Shown here: piece after piece, positions 1 to 52,241 of the stretch
How the letters are laid out: the number at the start of each line of letters is the position of its first letter
Position numbering within the stretch: position 1 is the first letter of the stretch
The notes under the pieces: generated by a model
Told to the model about the DNA's origin: nothing
Seen by the model: only the letters and a program-made list of their open reading frames with translations
Databases searched by the model: none
Assembly (NCBI GenBank): GCA_012295275.1
Contig: CM022665.1
Span: 1,426,001-1,490,000, forward strand
Reading direction: 5' to 3'
From: Chrysomallon squamiferum
Taxonomy: Eukaryota > Animalia > Mollusca
DNA: 64,000 nt
Position numbers and translations under genes: made by a program

Positions 1-2641
1 ATGAACACACATACAGGTAGATATGTATAAACAGTTATGAAGACATAGAGGTAGATATGTATTAAATCATAAAAAACAGAGGTAGATATATATAATCTGA
101 TATGAAGACACATAGATGTAGATATTTATAAAATGATATGAAGACACATAGAGGTAGATATGTATAAACTGATATGAAGACACACAGAGGTAGATAGCTA
201 TAAAATGATCTGAAGACACATAGAGGTAGATATGTATAAAATGATATGAAGACACATAGAGGTAGATATGTATAAAATGAAATAAAGACATATACAGGAA
301 CATATGTATAAAATGAGATAAAGAAACATAGAGGTAGATCTGTATAAACTGTTATGAAGACATAGAGGTAGATGTGTATATACTGATATGAAGACACAGA
401 GGTAGATATGTATAAAATGAGATAAAGAAACATAGAGGTAGATATGTATAAACTGTTATGAAGACACACAGAGGTAGATATGTATAAACTGTTATGAAGA
501 CATAGAGGTAGATATGTATAAAATGAGATAAAGAAACATAGAGGTAGATATGTATAAACTGTTATGAAGACACACAGAGGTAGATATGTATAAAATGATA
601 CCAAGACACAGAGGTAGATATGTATAAAATGATATGAAGACATAGAGGTAGATATGTATAAATTGATATGAACACACATAGAGGTAGATATGTATAAACT
701 GTTATGAAGACATAGAGGTAGGTATGTATTAAATGATAAAAAGACAGAGGTAGATATATATAATCTGATATGAAGACACATAGAGGTAGATATGTATAAA
801 CTGTTATGAAGACACATAGAGGTAGATATGTATAAACTGATATGAAGACACATAGAGGTACATAGCTATAAAATGATCTGAAGACACATAGAGATAGATA
901 TGTATAAAATGAAATAAAGACATATACAGGAACATATGTATAAAATGAGATAAAGAAACATAGAGGTAGATATGTATAAACTGTTCTGAAGACATAGAGG
1001 TAGATATGTATATATTGATATGAAGACACAGAGGTAGATATGTATACACTGATATAAAGAAACATAGAGTTTTATATGTATAAACTGATATGAAGACACA
1101 TAGAGGTAGATATGTATAAAATGATATGAAGACACATAGAGTAGATATGTATAAACAGTTATGAAGACACATAGAGGTAGATATGTATAAACTGTTATGA
1201 AGACACATAGAGGTAGATATGTATAAACTGTTATGAAGACACATAGAGGTAGATATGTATAAACAGTTATGAAGACACAGATGTAGATTTGTATAAACAG
1301 TTATGAAGACACACAGAGGTAGATATGTATAAACTGTTATGAAGACACATAGAGGTAGATATGTATAAACTGATATGAAGACACAGATGTAGATTTGTAT
1401 AATCTGGTATGAAGACACAGAGGTAGATATGTATAAACTGATATGAAGACACAGAGGTAGATATGTAAAAAATGATATGAAGACATAGAAGTAGATATGT
1501 ATAAACTGGTATGTAGACACAGAGGTAGATATGTATAAACTGTTATGAAGACACACAGAGGTAGATATGTATAAACTGTTATGAAGACAAAGAGGTAGAT
1601 ATGTATAAAATGATATGAAGACATAGATGTAGATATGTATAAACTGGTATTAAGACACATAGAGGTAGTTATGTATAAACTGATATGAAGACAGAGGTAG
1701 ATATGTATAAACTGATTTGAAGACACATAGAGGTAGATATGTATAAACAGTTATGAAGACACATAGAGGTAGATATTATAAACTGTTATGAAGACACATA
1801 AAGGTAGATATCTATTAAATGATAAAAAGACAGAGAGGTAGATCTGTATAAACTGTTATGAATGCACAGAGGTAGATATGTATAAACTGTTATGAAGACA
1901 CAGAGGTAGATATGCATAAACTGATATGAAGACACAGAGGTAGATATGGATAAACTGATATGAAGACACAGAGGTAGATGTGTATAAACTGATATGAAGA
2001 CATAGAGGCAGATATGTATAAACTGATATGAAGACATAGAGGTAGATATGTATAAACTGATATGAAGACATAGAAGCAGATATGTATTAAATGATATGAA
2101 GACAGAGAAGCAGGTATGTATAAACTGATATGAAGACACAGAGGTAGATATGTATAAATTGATATGAAGACATTGAGGCAGATATGTATAAATTGATATG
2201 AAGACACAGAGGTAGATATGTATAAACTGATATGAAGACACAGAGGTAGATATGTATAAATTGATATGAAGACATAGAGGTAGATATGTATAAACTGATA
2301 TGGAGACACATAGAGGTAGATATGTATAAATTGATATGAAGACATAGAGCTAGATATGTATATACTGATTTGTAGACACATAGAGGTAGATATATATAAA
2401 ATGATATGAAGACATAGAAGCTGATCTGTATAAACTGATTTGAAGACACATGGAGGTAGATATGTATAAACTGATATAAAGACACATATGTAGATATGTA
2501 TAAACTGATTTGAAGACACTTAGAGGTAGATATGTATAAAATGATATGAAGACACAGAGGTAGATATGTATAAACTGATATGAAGACACATAGAGGTAGA
2601 TATGTATAAAATGATATGAAGACACAGAGGTAGATATGTAT
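1..2641. repeat. Tandem satellite/minisatellite array, 34-36 bp monomer (consensus ~GAAGACACATAGAGGTAGATATGTATAAACTGWTAT); open at the window start
   Basis: Monomer directly visible throughout. The minus-strand 'YISTSMCLH/VYTYLPLC' ORFs are its translation. A last partial monomer lies at ~2895-2924. Confidence 0.97.
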
Positions 2642-2895
2642 GAATGAACGAATGCTTTAAGATACTTTTATTAATCGTTATAGAAATCAAACCTGTATTG
2701 ATTTTCGGTTATGACAATATAATACAGGAAGCCTGTTGTAGTCTCTTCATCTAAGTGTCATTGTCTTCCATTAGCAGCTATGGATCTTTTACATGCAGCT
2801 ACATAAAGTCACAATTATTACTTCTAACAACTTGTTGTGGAGCACTGCTTCTAAAGAGAAATAGCTCTAAGGTGTTACTGAGATATGGGCAGTTG
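2641..2895. repeat. ~255 bp SINE-like segment inserted in the satellite; near-identical to 9598-9852
   Basis: Same sequence (TGAATGAACGAATGCTTTAAGATAC...GTTACTGAGATATG) at both sites, about 3 differences by eye. Internal motifs TCCATTAGCAGC..GGATCTTTTA..TGCA and GTGGAGCACTG..GAGAAATAGCTC resemble a gastropod SINE as I recall it (not verified). Confidence 0.8.
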
Positions 2896-2964
2896 ATATG
2901 TATAAAATGATATGAAGACACATATTAATTTATTATTCTTTTCTTTTTCTTTTTTTATTTATTG

Positions 2965-3038
<74 letters not shown>

Positions 3039-3326
3039 TCATTTCTACATATCCTTGTTAGTACCCGTATCGCTCGAAATACTGTTATCAACCATGAAGT
3101 TCATATCTTGAGAAATACTATTTGTAGCTATTTTCCTAATTTGACGACATGATTTACAAAGACGTCTTGCTGATCCGTCTTTTAAATTAAAGATGTTCTT
3201 TTCAACAAAATCAATTCTCTGCGGGAAATATCATCTGTACCTTACCTCCTAGTGACTTAACATCATTACGAAAAATATATTTATGCAGGTAACTAAATTA
3301 TAGTAAGAAGTAATTTATCACCTACT

Positions 3327-3359
<33 letters not shown>

Positions 3360-4189
3360 TAAAGTATATTAATACATCAATAATATTGATTATGAGTCGC
3401 AGTAATAGTGATGGTATAATAAATTACAAATGTAGTTACAATAATGATGACAATGACATTTTACAATGATAACAACAGATGTAATACAAATATTTGTTAT
3501 AGTGGTCTTAGTCGTAGTGAGAATATTTGCTGTGATATTCGTAATTATTACTACTTTTACTTAGGAACAATCGTAGAAACTGTGACTGTAGTTATAGCGT
3601 GTATAAATCGCCAAAACCATAGCCACCATCATCATGCATACGTGTTCATTATTCTGTAAATTAGAAGATGATAAAAAAACATTATTTTAAATGTCAGCTG
3701 CCATAACATGTCTTTAAAAAGAAAACATGACAGATATATCTGGATTTAATTATATATTGACAAGAAAAGTAATTAGTTCTTGGAAAATGTGAGGCAGATA
3801 ATTGAGTATTCTGAAATTTGAAGGGAAGAACTAATCAGTATATCATTTGCTTCATTTTAAGAATGGATCGCGAATAATTTTTCTGTGTCAGCTTAATGAA
3901 TTAAAAGAGAAAGTATAAAGATATTTATTAACTAATATATTTATATTAGTTGTCTTGTTATTGTTGATGGTATTATTATTATTAATATTATTATTATTAT
4001 TATTATTTATTGTTGTTCTTGTTGTTATTGTTGATTTCATCGTAGTTATAATTATTAATTCGTTTTATCCATATTGTATCTCATAATGTATAATTGGACT
4101 GGTTGTCGAAATATACGTTATCTTCTTGCCATATAAGTGCAAATTACAACTTGAGTATATCTTTAGTTTCACTTTAAGTCGTCTGCTTC

Positions 4190-6540
4190 TTTTCGTTTGT
4201 TTGTTGACTACACGTCAAGGCCAGCAGTGACTATAAACGATACTGATCTGTGTAGATCACTCGTTCAGCCATACAGCTTCTGGAGAGTTGTTGTAGTTGT
4301 AGGGGTAGTCTCCCTCAGCTGTTGTAAGTTTATGCAGTTTTGAATATCATGTTCGGTCATCTGTTCTGCTTTTCCACAGGAGAACATGGAAGAAGTTACC
4401 AGCCAGAATCTCTTATGCAAATGCTGGCTGAGCCTGTTGATTCCAGTTAATAGAAAAATGACAGCTTGTTCATATGAAATAGCATGTAATAGTCATCGGT
4501 TTGTTTGGGTGATCTATCAGACATTTAACACGGAATTTCATCTCTTCGTATGTCAGCCAGTTATCCTACTGTTCTGTAGCTGAACCTAGTTTTGCACTGT
4601 CATTTCCAAGTATGCCACAGTGAGCTGGAATACATTGTAAAAATATTTGGTTGACACTACTGATAGGATGTGGGGCTTATTGTTTTCAAGATCCTGGAGG
4701 GCATACAGAGCATCTGTGAGGAAAACGACATGTGAGCAATTCTCTCTTGTGCTGATGATGTTGACAGCATCAACGGAAGCCTCAACCTCTGCAGCATACT
4801 TTGTGCAATGTTTATCTGCAGGAAAATGTACCTCCTCTCGGTAGCCACTAGGGTCCATGATGTAATTTCCAGACCCTCCATTTTCCACTGCATTTGTTGT
4901 GGATCCCTGTTGCCATGCTGTCTCTGATTACTATTCATCAGTTATGACTAGTGTCAGAGCTCGTTTGTATGTCTTACTATATTCCTCTCTTGGGATGAGG
5001 TGTTGGACCATTGTGCAGATCATTACATCGTCCAATTTTGCTTTCTCGTGTGTGATGGATTTTATATGGTAGTTCTGCCTTATGTTGCATGGCTTATTAA
5101 AGCTAGTTCTTTTGACTCATTCATTATGTTTTCCAGTGGTTATGATCTGCAGCCCACTTGGTGCCAGCTAATTTCCTCATTATAGCAAGTTTTCTTCCAG
5201 CTTTGGCCTCAGCGTTCTTCACTTGTGGTTTCCGAGTCTGTCACTTGTCAAAGGTGAGCCCCAGGTATGTCTATTGGTCCTCATACTGGAATGTGATGTC
5301 ACCAAATTTAGGCTACTACTTTGTGGAGAGTGAGAAAAGAGTGGCAGCTGATTTGTCTTTGTTGATTGTCATGCCAGTCTCGAGTCCAAGATGTAACATT
5401 GTCAAGGACAAGTTGTATACGATATGTCGCTATAACTGACTGCTCCTCCAAGATTTCAAAACAAGGCCATCTGCATACAGTACTGCATGTACCCCTTTGG
5501 GTATTTGTGTGCCCAGGTCATTCATGAAGATGACAAAAGTAGAAGGTGACAATACTCCTCCCTGAGGTACTCCATGGCGTTCGGTTATGCAGATAAGACT
5601 CGGTCCACCTGTACGTATTGCCTCATATACTGTTTTTCACTAGCTTTGCTAGCAGGTCACCTTTCTAGATCTTATCAAAGGCCTTTTACAGATCAAGAAA
5701 CGAGGCAAGAACAACTTTCTCTGCTTGGAAAACATCTTCCATTAATTGTGACAGGTATGTGACTTAGTCTTCTGTTCTGCGGAATTGCCTAAATCCTGCC
5801 TGTTCTTGATTGGTAATGTTCTCACTATCAAGGAATTGTTGAAGCTGACGTTTAATGATGCGCTCTATGGTCTTGCAGTCACAGTTTGTGAGGCTGGTGG
5901 GACTGTAACTGCTTGCATTATTTTTGTTCTTCCCTATTTTCGGTATGGGTATCGTGACCGCCTCTTTCTATATTTGTGCACCTTACCTTCAGTCCAGCTT
6001 AAGTTGAAAATATTCAGCATCTTTGATTGTGCAACATTGCCTAAATGTTTCAGCTTTTCAGTAGTAATATCTTCAGGATCTGGAGATTTATTATTTATTA
6101 GATGCTTGAGGGCCTTTTCTTATTGTTCCCTTTGTGGTGTTTTCATCTGAATTGCTGTGATGGTAATGTCACTTTGCTGAAATGGCAGCAGATTTCTTAC
6201 CTGAGGATGTATTTCCATCCTCTATTGGAGTGTTCTTCTCTCTATCAGATTGTTCCTCATTAAATTAATTGTTTTGTAAGTTTCCATAATACGGTGCTGT
6301 CCATTTCAATGTTGAGTACAACCATTTTTTTTCTCTCCAGCTTTTTCGTTTGGATTCAGTCTTCATTTTCAGGTTTCCATTTCCGTCTAACCATTACTAT
6401 TGATCAGTTCAGCGTGGGCGTCCCTAACAGAAGCCAAAACTCCTGCTGGCACAGCTCTTTGGATCAAATAAGTTCGCTCACCAAGGAATGGACTATGAAC
6501 GGGTTCATTTCAAGTGTTTCATTCTTTTCTCCAGGTATGA
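4190..6540 (-). mobile_element. Degenerate, apparently 5'-truncated non-LTR retrotransposon (LINE with RNase H; I/Ingi/Nimb-like group)
   Basis: Minus-strand translation gives RT motifs GVPQGGVLSPSTFVIFMNDL (~5515-5574), HAVLYADGLV (degenerate YADD, ~5461-5490) and YLGLTFDK (~5246-5269). RNase H pieces YAAEVEA..VVFLTDALYALQDL and CIPAHCGILGND (~4600-4810), plus a C-terminal C-x-C-x8-H-x4-C-like knuckle (~4335-4390). Many stops and frameshifts. Confidence 0.9.
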
Positions 6541-6838
6541 ACTTTTCATATCATTACCCCCACCCACCCCCCAAAAAAAAAAAAAAAACAAAACAAAAGG
6601 TATAGGAATGTATAAAACATATAAGGCAACTTGTATTCTTATTAAAACTTAAGATCATATCACTGAACTGATACACGCGTGTATACAAATGCACATACAC
6701 ACATATATAAGCATACATGCGTATATACACAAACATACAAACATATCAAAACACATACATATATACATACTTTAAAAAAAAAAAAAAAATTATACCTATA
6801 ATAATGAGCGATGTTAACAGCTTGATACATATACATGT

Positions 6839-6951
<113 letters not shown>

Positions 6952-7329
6952 TTAACTATGATTAATTTATTGAAGCAAGTCGCCTAAAGAAAAGTTTCTC
7001 AATATCTGTATCGATTAATAGTTAACAGAAGAACGAAAACAAACAAAAAATACATTTAAAGAACTGTTTAAAAAGAATAAATAAATAAACAGAAATCAGA
7101 AATAAGAAAAGAAAGAAAAAAAAAACTTGTCAAACCGGTTTGTGAATAAGGTGTCGTTTTCAAATGTTAATCTTTCGTTTTTTTTTTTTTTTTTCGTTTT
7201 CTAAATCAGGCAGAATTTAGTACAGTACACGTTTTAAACACAACTACATTAATATTTATCTCACAGCTCTGACACAATATATTAATGATTAACAGTGAAC
7301 TAGTCAACAATACAGTCGATAAACTTTGC

Positions 7330-7877
7330 ACACCCATAAATCGAGTACGATAAAATAAACCGGTGTACATTCCGGGTGATCTCAACCCCCCCTCCCCTAT
7401 CAGTCCTCACTTGACAACGCCACTGACAACGTGACAGAAGAATGAAATGTAGTGGAGAAAAATGTTGTTGTTAATATGAAAATAATGCGTGCTTATGAAA
7501 TTGTAAAGAGAGACTATTGTGGTCTTTGATAGACTACAGTTAGTTCCATTTCTCTCGAGGGTATTTACTTTTTTGTATTCATGTCCCGTGTACAAAATGT
7601 ACACTATCCGATTATCGCCTTGGTTGCCAAGACGCTAACAACTAACTTCGCCTGAATGAACGTACGTAAAGCTGGTTTGATCGCGGCATTCGCGTGTAGA
7701 AAACAGAGCCGATTAAGCCACGGTGGATTTTAACAAGCTTATTACGTGTACTACCTCTGCACTGGATTGCTTTATTTGTGTGTTTTTAACGTATGTATCT
7801 GGGTATGTGAAACATGACGGTTATTTGTTTTACTTGCTGGAAATATTTGTGAATTAAACGGCTGGACGTTGTAGAAA
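7330..7877 (+). promoter_or_regulatory. Probable promoter/5'UTR of the WDR64-like gene, with an RFX X-box-like half site GTTGCCAAG at 7623-7631
   Basis: Locally CpG-richer DNA just upstream of the ATG at 7878. GTTGCCAWG is the typical X-box half site of ciliary-gene promoters; the second half is degenerate. Confidence 0.45.
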
Positions 7878-42385
<34,508 letters not shown>

Positions 42386-43168
42386 GTTTAAATGTCAAAT
42401 AATTTGCTGCTGTTGTTTTTCACTTTTATTATGTTTTTCTTTTAAATTCATCTGATGTTTACGACAGAACATTAGTTAGTTTCACCTATAACGGCTGATA
42501 ATTATAAAATGAAGTCATTCTGGGTAAATACCATTCTGTGCTTACTACATGTTTTCCAGATTTTGGACAATGTACGGTTTCATTTTTATTTATTGCAGTT
42601 GATGATCTAACTTTACATTGAAAGGGAAAATATATTTATTCAGTTAGAAATCACAAGTCGGAGACTGATTGTTATTATTATTATTATTATTGTTAATGTT
42701 ATTATTATTTAATACCATTTCAATAGCACACGCTATTGGAACATTATAATATATATATATATATTTAAGTATCTGTATCAATATATGTTTTAGTTATTTA
42801 CAGGTAATTTTCTTTTTGCCTTTCTTTATTTATTATGTAGGATGATCTTTAATCGTGTTCAGTGGCTCTTTAGATTACCAACCATCCGACTTTCTGCTCC
42901 ACGTTTATATAATCTGTTTATGAAATGTGTAAACATAATATTATGTAGGACAAAACAGTGTTGGATATTAACATATTTCTCAGTTAGATGATATCTCAGA
43001 AAAGTAATTATGTGTAAAATATTCCCGAGCGCCACGTCTCAAAGATAATTATTTATTTTATTTTATTTATATGTAATGACATATTATATACAAAAATGTG
43101 CATAGTAGCTATGCAGTACTTATTTATGTTAATACAGATATTTTGCTATTATGAATTATATTACGTAT

Positions 43169-43174
43169 AATAAA
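43169..43174 (+). terminator. Candidate polyadenylation signal of WDR64
   Basis: AATAAA ~780 nt after the stop, followed ~20 nt later by GT-rich TGTTTGGTTTTGTATTT. AATAAA is common in this DNA. Confidence 0.35.
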
Positions 43175-44879
43175 TTATTAATATATTCAAATGTTTGGTT
43201 TTGTATTTATTTTAATCATGGGAAGAAATTATTAAATGGATGTAAATTATTGATAGTGAAAAAAGTTTTTAAAATGTTAAGTCACTGAATTGTACTTAAA
43301 AATAAATATTAATATTTTGTGCTAAAGAATCCAACTGATGAAAACAGTGACTATCTTTAAATATCAGTAATCTCTGTCACCTTTGCTTCTGTCGTAAACC
43401 AACCATCTCTCTCTTCTCTGGATTGTCAATGCTAATTATGGGAAACGCAACAGTATCAGAAAGTTAGTAAGTTTTGGTAAAATAATAATGATAAATGTAT
43501 CTTACACTTATTTATATAATTTTAAATTATTTGCACATCATGCAACATTAGATTTTATTCATTTATTTGTTTTTTACTTTTTTTTTTATTACGGTGACCA
43601 GTGTGGCATGTTGCCATTTATCTGTTCACATTTATACAATGGATGAACAGTTTTTAAGTGTTAAATTACAGTCTTTGAATTAATAATAAAAAATTAAAAA
43701 ATAGTTTGGAAAAGGACTATAAAATGTTTTAATAGACAACAGTTATGACCAGTGAATAACACTCTTCGTAGAAAATCACTCAATAAAAGAATCACCTGCT
43801 TTCATCCTATCAAACATGTATTCTTTATTACACTGTCTTGCAGCTATACTGATTACTAATTGTGGTTTCTAAAGCAGGAAAAAGCGGATGTCCACCGTTG
43901 ACAGGTAACATATCAGACAACTTGTCATAGAGGTCTGTGATTTCTGGTAGATTAGTCAGTAAACAATATTCAGAGAATACGACATCAACATTGTCTTTCA
44001 ACTTCGTATAAAAGGTTACGATACTTCGATGTTTCTATTGCAAAAGATGCGAGTTAAAGTTGTAAATTTAATAACACTAGTTTTTACCCTTTCTGTAAAA
44101 TAATTTGACTTTTTTGTGGTAGCTTAATATTTAAAAGGCAATGAAATAAAATAATAAAACTAAATGAAGAATTTGATTGATTGTACTTTCATCCGACCAT
44201 TATGTCTGTCGGCCTGTTCTTCCTACCATTTCTATCAGTACTTTAGTCGATCTATCTTTTTGACATAAGAAAACTTTTTTTTTTTTTTTTTTAAATGAAC
44301 GAAAGAACATGACTGACGTCATCGAAATTCTAATGATAATAATAACTATAGCACAAGCATAACAACAGTAAAACAAAGCAAATAAACAAACTAACTTTCA
44401 ACAACAACACGTCAAAACTGTATCGATTTATTATACAATTGAAACACAGCCGGAAACGAATATAGGAAAATGCTGAGGGGGAGGGATTTGCATCGATGAA
44501 ACTGGAATTATATCTAGATTTATTGCTAGAACAATGGACACTGTCCAAATCCATCCCTTAATACGATTTTTTTTTTTGGGGGGGGGGGTTGTCGTGACAG
44601 AGATCAACCGTGTAGTAATCACATTTATTGACTTTGCCAGAAGAATTTTCCTTAATTGGAATACAAGTTTGAAATTACAGATAATCGTTAGAACGAAATA
44701 TTAATATCTCAAATATAGAAATGTTAACTCAGTGCAGCTATTAATTATTATACATCTTTGTCTATATCGTTATTGCAAAATAATGATGTGTTGTGATATT
44801 TCATTAATAATCTACAATTCATTCAATTGATTAACAGTTTTTCTTTATTTTATATTTCATTAGTATTATATATATATAT

Positions 44880-45111
44880 TAGAAACTGAAAAATGAAGTC
44901 AGTTTGTAATATAGATCACAGTGATTAAATTACTGGCGATTAGATTAGGTATGAAGTGTTGTCTTTATTTCTTTAAATTATTCTGTTCAGTTTTTTTGCC
45001 TTTTTTATGTACGGCTGTATTATATTACAATACGCGATTAATTATTTTTAATAAAAGAAACTAAATTCGTAATTATTACATTTTTTGTATTTTTTTTAAA
45101 ATAAAGGATAT

Positions 45112-45116
<5 letters not shown>
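44880..45116. repeat. ~235 bp diverged direct repeat, copy 1 (copy 2 at ~48813-49065)
   Basis: Shared blocks TAATATAGATCA.AGTGATTAAATTACTGGCGAT, TATGAAGTGTTGTCTTTATTTC, TTTTTATGTACGGCTGTAT, AATTCGTA and AAATAAAG..ATCTGAG. Confidence 0.85.

Positions 45117-45194
<78 letters not shown>
45113..45194. repeat. (AG)n microsatellite
   Basis: Direct observation. Confidence 0.97.
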
Positions 45195-45199
<5 letters not shown>

Positions 45200-45832
45200 C
45201 TGATAAAAGCTTCTGATAATACGATAGTGCTTGTTAGGATTAATCCAGTATTTTAAGTTACCTTTTTATTGTCTCCACATCTCATAAAAAAATAAAAATA
45301 AAATAAAATTGAGAAAATAAATAATAGTAATGAAAAAAAATAATATAAAATAAATATATAAATGAAAGAATGTATTTCCCACGTATAACAACGAAGCAAG
45401 TAGCAAAAAGCTAATTTATTTCGCACACAAAAAGAAAAACATGCCGTGTGGAAAATTCCCAGCACATGTACATTAATCACAATTTAAACATAATTACGTT
45501 ACAATAAAATTATAAAACATAATATATATATATATATTATCTATATACAAAACAAGAGGTTAATTAATCCACAACTTAACTGTTCTAAATAATTCACTGA
45601 CCGTTCGTGGTATCCACCTTTCCGAATTATACACGTTAGAGAAAACGTCTATAAATGATAAAAATTACCTTATCGAAACAGAAGATGGGGGGAAAAAACA
45701 TAAAAAAAAAAAAAAAAATTACAAGAAAAAAAACTTAACATATCTATTCCTAAAAGCCACGTCTAAATACAATATAGGTAAACAGTTTTTTCTTTTCTTC
45801 TTTTTTTTGTTCTCTTTTTTCTTTTTTTCTTA

Positions 45833-45899
<67 letters not shown>

Positions 45900-46559
45900 A
45901 GTAAAAGAATGTTACACAGCCTAGATATTAAACTGGAGTAACTAAATAAATGTCTTATTAGTTACGTTTCCCTGACGATCTTTCTCTGAAGAAATTATGG
46001 GAAATGCTTATTTGTTAACACCAATTGTGAAATGAAGTTATCGAAGAGATTTTCTTATTGCTTCATTCGCGAAGCTGAAATGAAAGGAACGGTAAAACTT
46101 CATCAGCGCACTGCACAAATCAGTGGCCGATAGATATTTTCTAAAACAACAAAACAAAAAGAAAAACCAAAAACAACAACAACAACAACAAATAAGTATA
46201 TTAATATCGTGATATTAATGACCATGTCCCTAAAGATTTAGTTATAAATTATTAACATCTTGATGCGCTAATGATGTGCGCTAGGTCTTTATAAAAGAGG
46301 GTGATTTGTAATCACAATCACGATTTATTAAAACTGAATTAAACATTAAACATTAAGCACACAAACATATAGTTTTCCAAACGGGTGAAAACCCTGGACG
46401 GGAGGGAAAAAATTTAGATGTAGAAGTTACCCATAACCACCACCCCCTACCCCGAAAAAAAGAAGAAAATAATAAAAAAAAGAAATCACCAAAAATTAAA
46501 CGACAATAAAAACGAAAACGAATAAACATTAAAATACTGCACTCTAAGGGCGTGGGAGA

Positions 46560-47666
46560 TTAACTAGTTCTTGCTGGAACGTTTTCTGTCTGACGTGGTG
46601 TTGAATTGGTATCCTTCTTTTTTTCCTCTTTTCTTTCACCCCTCCTGTGGCTCGCTTTCTCACCTTCAATGGCCATATTCTCGAGGTTTTCAATCCTCCC
46701 TGCTGACCTAATCCAGCTGCAACTAATGACCGTATCAATGTCAGGTCTGCTTCGGTAATCGAACTGAAACAACCACAGAACAAGAGCTTTCGATTCTTCC
46801 GTCACTTTGTGATACTTGTGCCAAGGAAAGTCCATCTTTTGCTGTTCTTCCAGGACACCTGCATTGCCCCTGCTTTCGTCGAATGGCATTTTCCCTGTAA
46901 TAAATATGTACAAAATAACACCAATTGCCCACATATCTGATTTCTTGGGTTCGTATGGCTGACCTTTAAGTATCTCGGGTGCAGCGTATGATTTAGAACC
47001 GCAATACGTTCTGCTCATTTCCTTCGTACAGTCTCCCTTCACAAAACCAAAATCGCAAATTTTTATATTATAGGTTTTGTCCAAAAGCAAGTTTTCTAGT
47101 TTCAGATCCCTATGGGTTATATTCTGATCATGCATGTAGCTTACTGCAGAGCACACTTGTGATATCCAGCATTTAGCCAAGGGTTCGTTTAATGCACCTG
47201 ATTTCTGAATATATCTTAAAACATCACCGTTTTCGGCATATTCAAGTATCATATAAACTCTCTGACCATCATCAAACATTTCTTGCATAGCTATGATGTT
47301 TTTGTGACGCATCTTGGGCCAGATCTCTAGTTCACGTGGTAAAAATCGCATTTCAAAATCCTTTGGCGCCTTCAAACGATCTACTATCTTAACAGCAACT
47401 CGTTCACGATCTTTTCCGAAACTGTACGCCAATTTGACCTTTGAATAGCTTCCACTTCCTAGAGTCTTCCGAACTAGGTATCCTTTTCTTGCCAGAACCG
47501 CTCTATAGGTCGGTTTATACTTGACCGGTTCATTCTTGTTAGAATGCGACCGCTTAGGATTTACTGGTTCTACTTCAGATTTCAAAACTTGCAGTTCCGA
47601 CTGCAGAGCGGACATATAACCGGCCTCATCACTCATTTCGAGGCGGGGACGTTTATTCGGCGGCAT
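46560..47666 (-). CDS. TSSK4: Testis-specific serine/threonine kinase (TSSK family, TSSK4-like), single coding exon, 368 aa
   Basis: Complete CAMK-group kinase: LGSGSYSKVK, VAVK, FLPRE (TSSK hallmark), HRDLKLENLLLD, DFG, TYCGSKSYAAPE, SDMWAIGVILY, MPFD. GDVL..IQ..GA..EPLA..W..Q and HRDLKLEN are TSSK4-type features. Family is secure; subfamily needs a phylogeny. Confidence 0.93.
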   Translation of the reverse strand: MPPNKRPRLEMSDEAGYMSALQSELQVLKSEVEPVNPKRSHSNKNEPVKYKPTYRAVLARKGYLVRKTLGSGSYSKVKLAYSFGKDRERVAVKIVDRLKAPKDFEMRFLPRELEIWPKMRHKNIIAMQEMFDDGQRVYMILEYAENGDVLRYIQKSGALNEPLAKCWISQVCSAVSYMHDQNITHRDLKLENLLLDKTYNIKICDFGFVKGDCTKEMSRTYCGSKSYAAPEILKGQPYEPKKSDMWAIGVILYIFITGKMPFDESRGNAGVLEEQQKMDFPWHKYHKVTEESKALVLWLFQFDYRSRPDIDTVISCSWIRSAGRIENLENMAIEGEKASHRRGERKEEKKKDTNSTPRQTENVPARTS

Positions 47667-47892
47667 AGAAAGTATCAGGTGTTGATATTATTATCCCAAC
47701 TGGTAAGTACATTACATAAAAAACACTGGGTTTTTCCTTAACTTCAACGTCTCTTCGGTTTATGGCGGCAGACATTAGTGACGTCATAAAGACAGTGACG
47801 TCACATTGGCGGAGGCTAAGATCGGAATTTGAGATGCAAATACATTTTTATTTTTCTTGTGAAACGAACACACACAAAACTTTTTGTTGTCT
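47667..47892. promoter_or_regulatory. Putative bidirectional promoter with two perfect CRE sites (TGACGTCA 47779-47786 and 47796-47803), reverse CCAAT (ATTGG 47805-47809) and YY1-like ATGGCGG (47762-47768)
   Basis: 226 bp between divergent start codons; motifs read directly and centrally placed. Confidence 0.75.

Positions 47893-52241
<4,349 letters not shown>

Noticed and set aside
5000-6605. Plus-strand ORFs of 61-121 aa
   Set aside because: Antisense shadows of the decayed LINE
45838-45894. Long T-run (A-run on minus) as the retrogene poly(A) tail of the intronless TSSK
   Set aside because: No AATAAA just before it (the candidate signal I found is at 46324-46329), no target-site duplication, and similar homopolymers occur throughout the window
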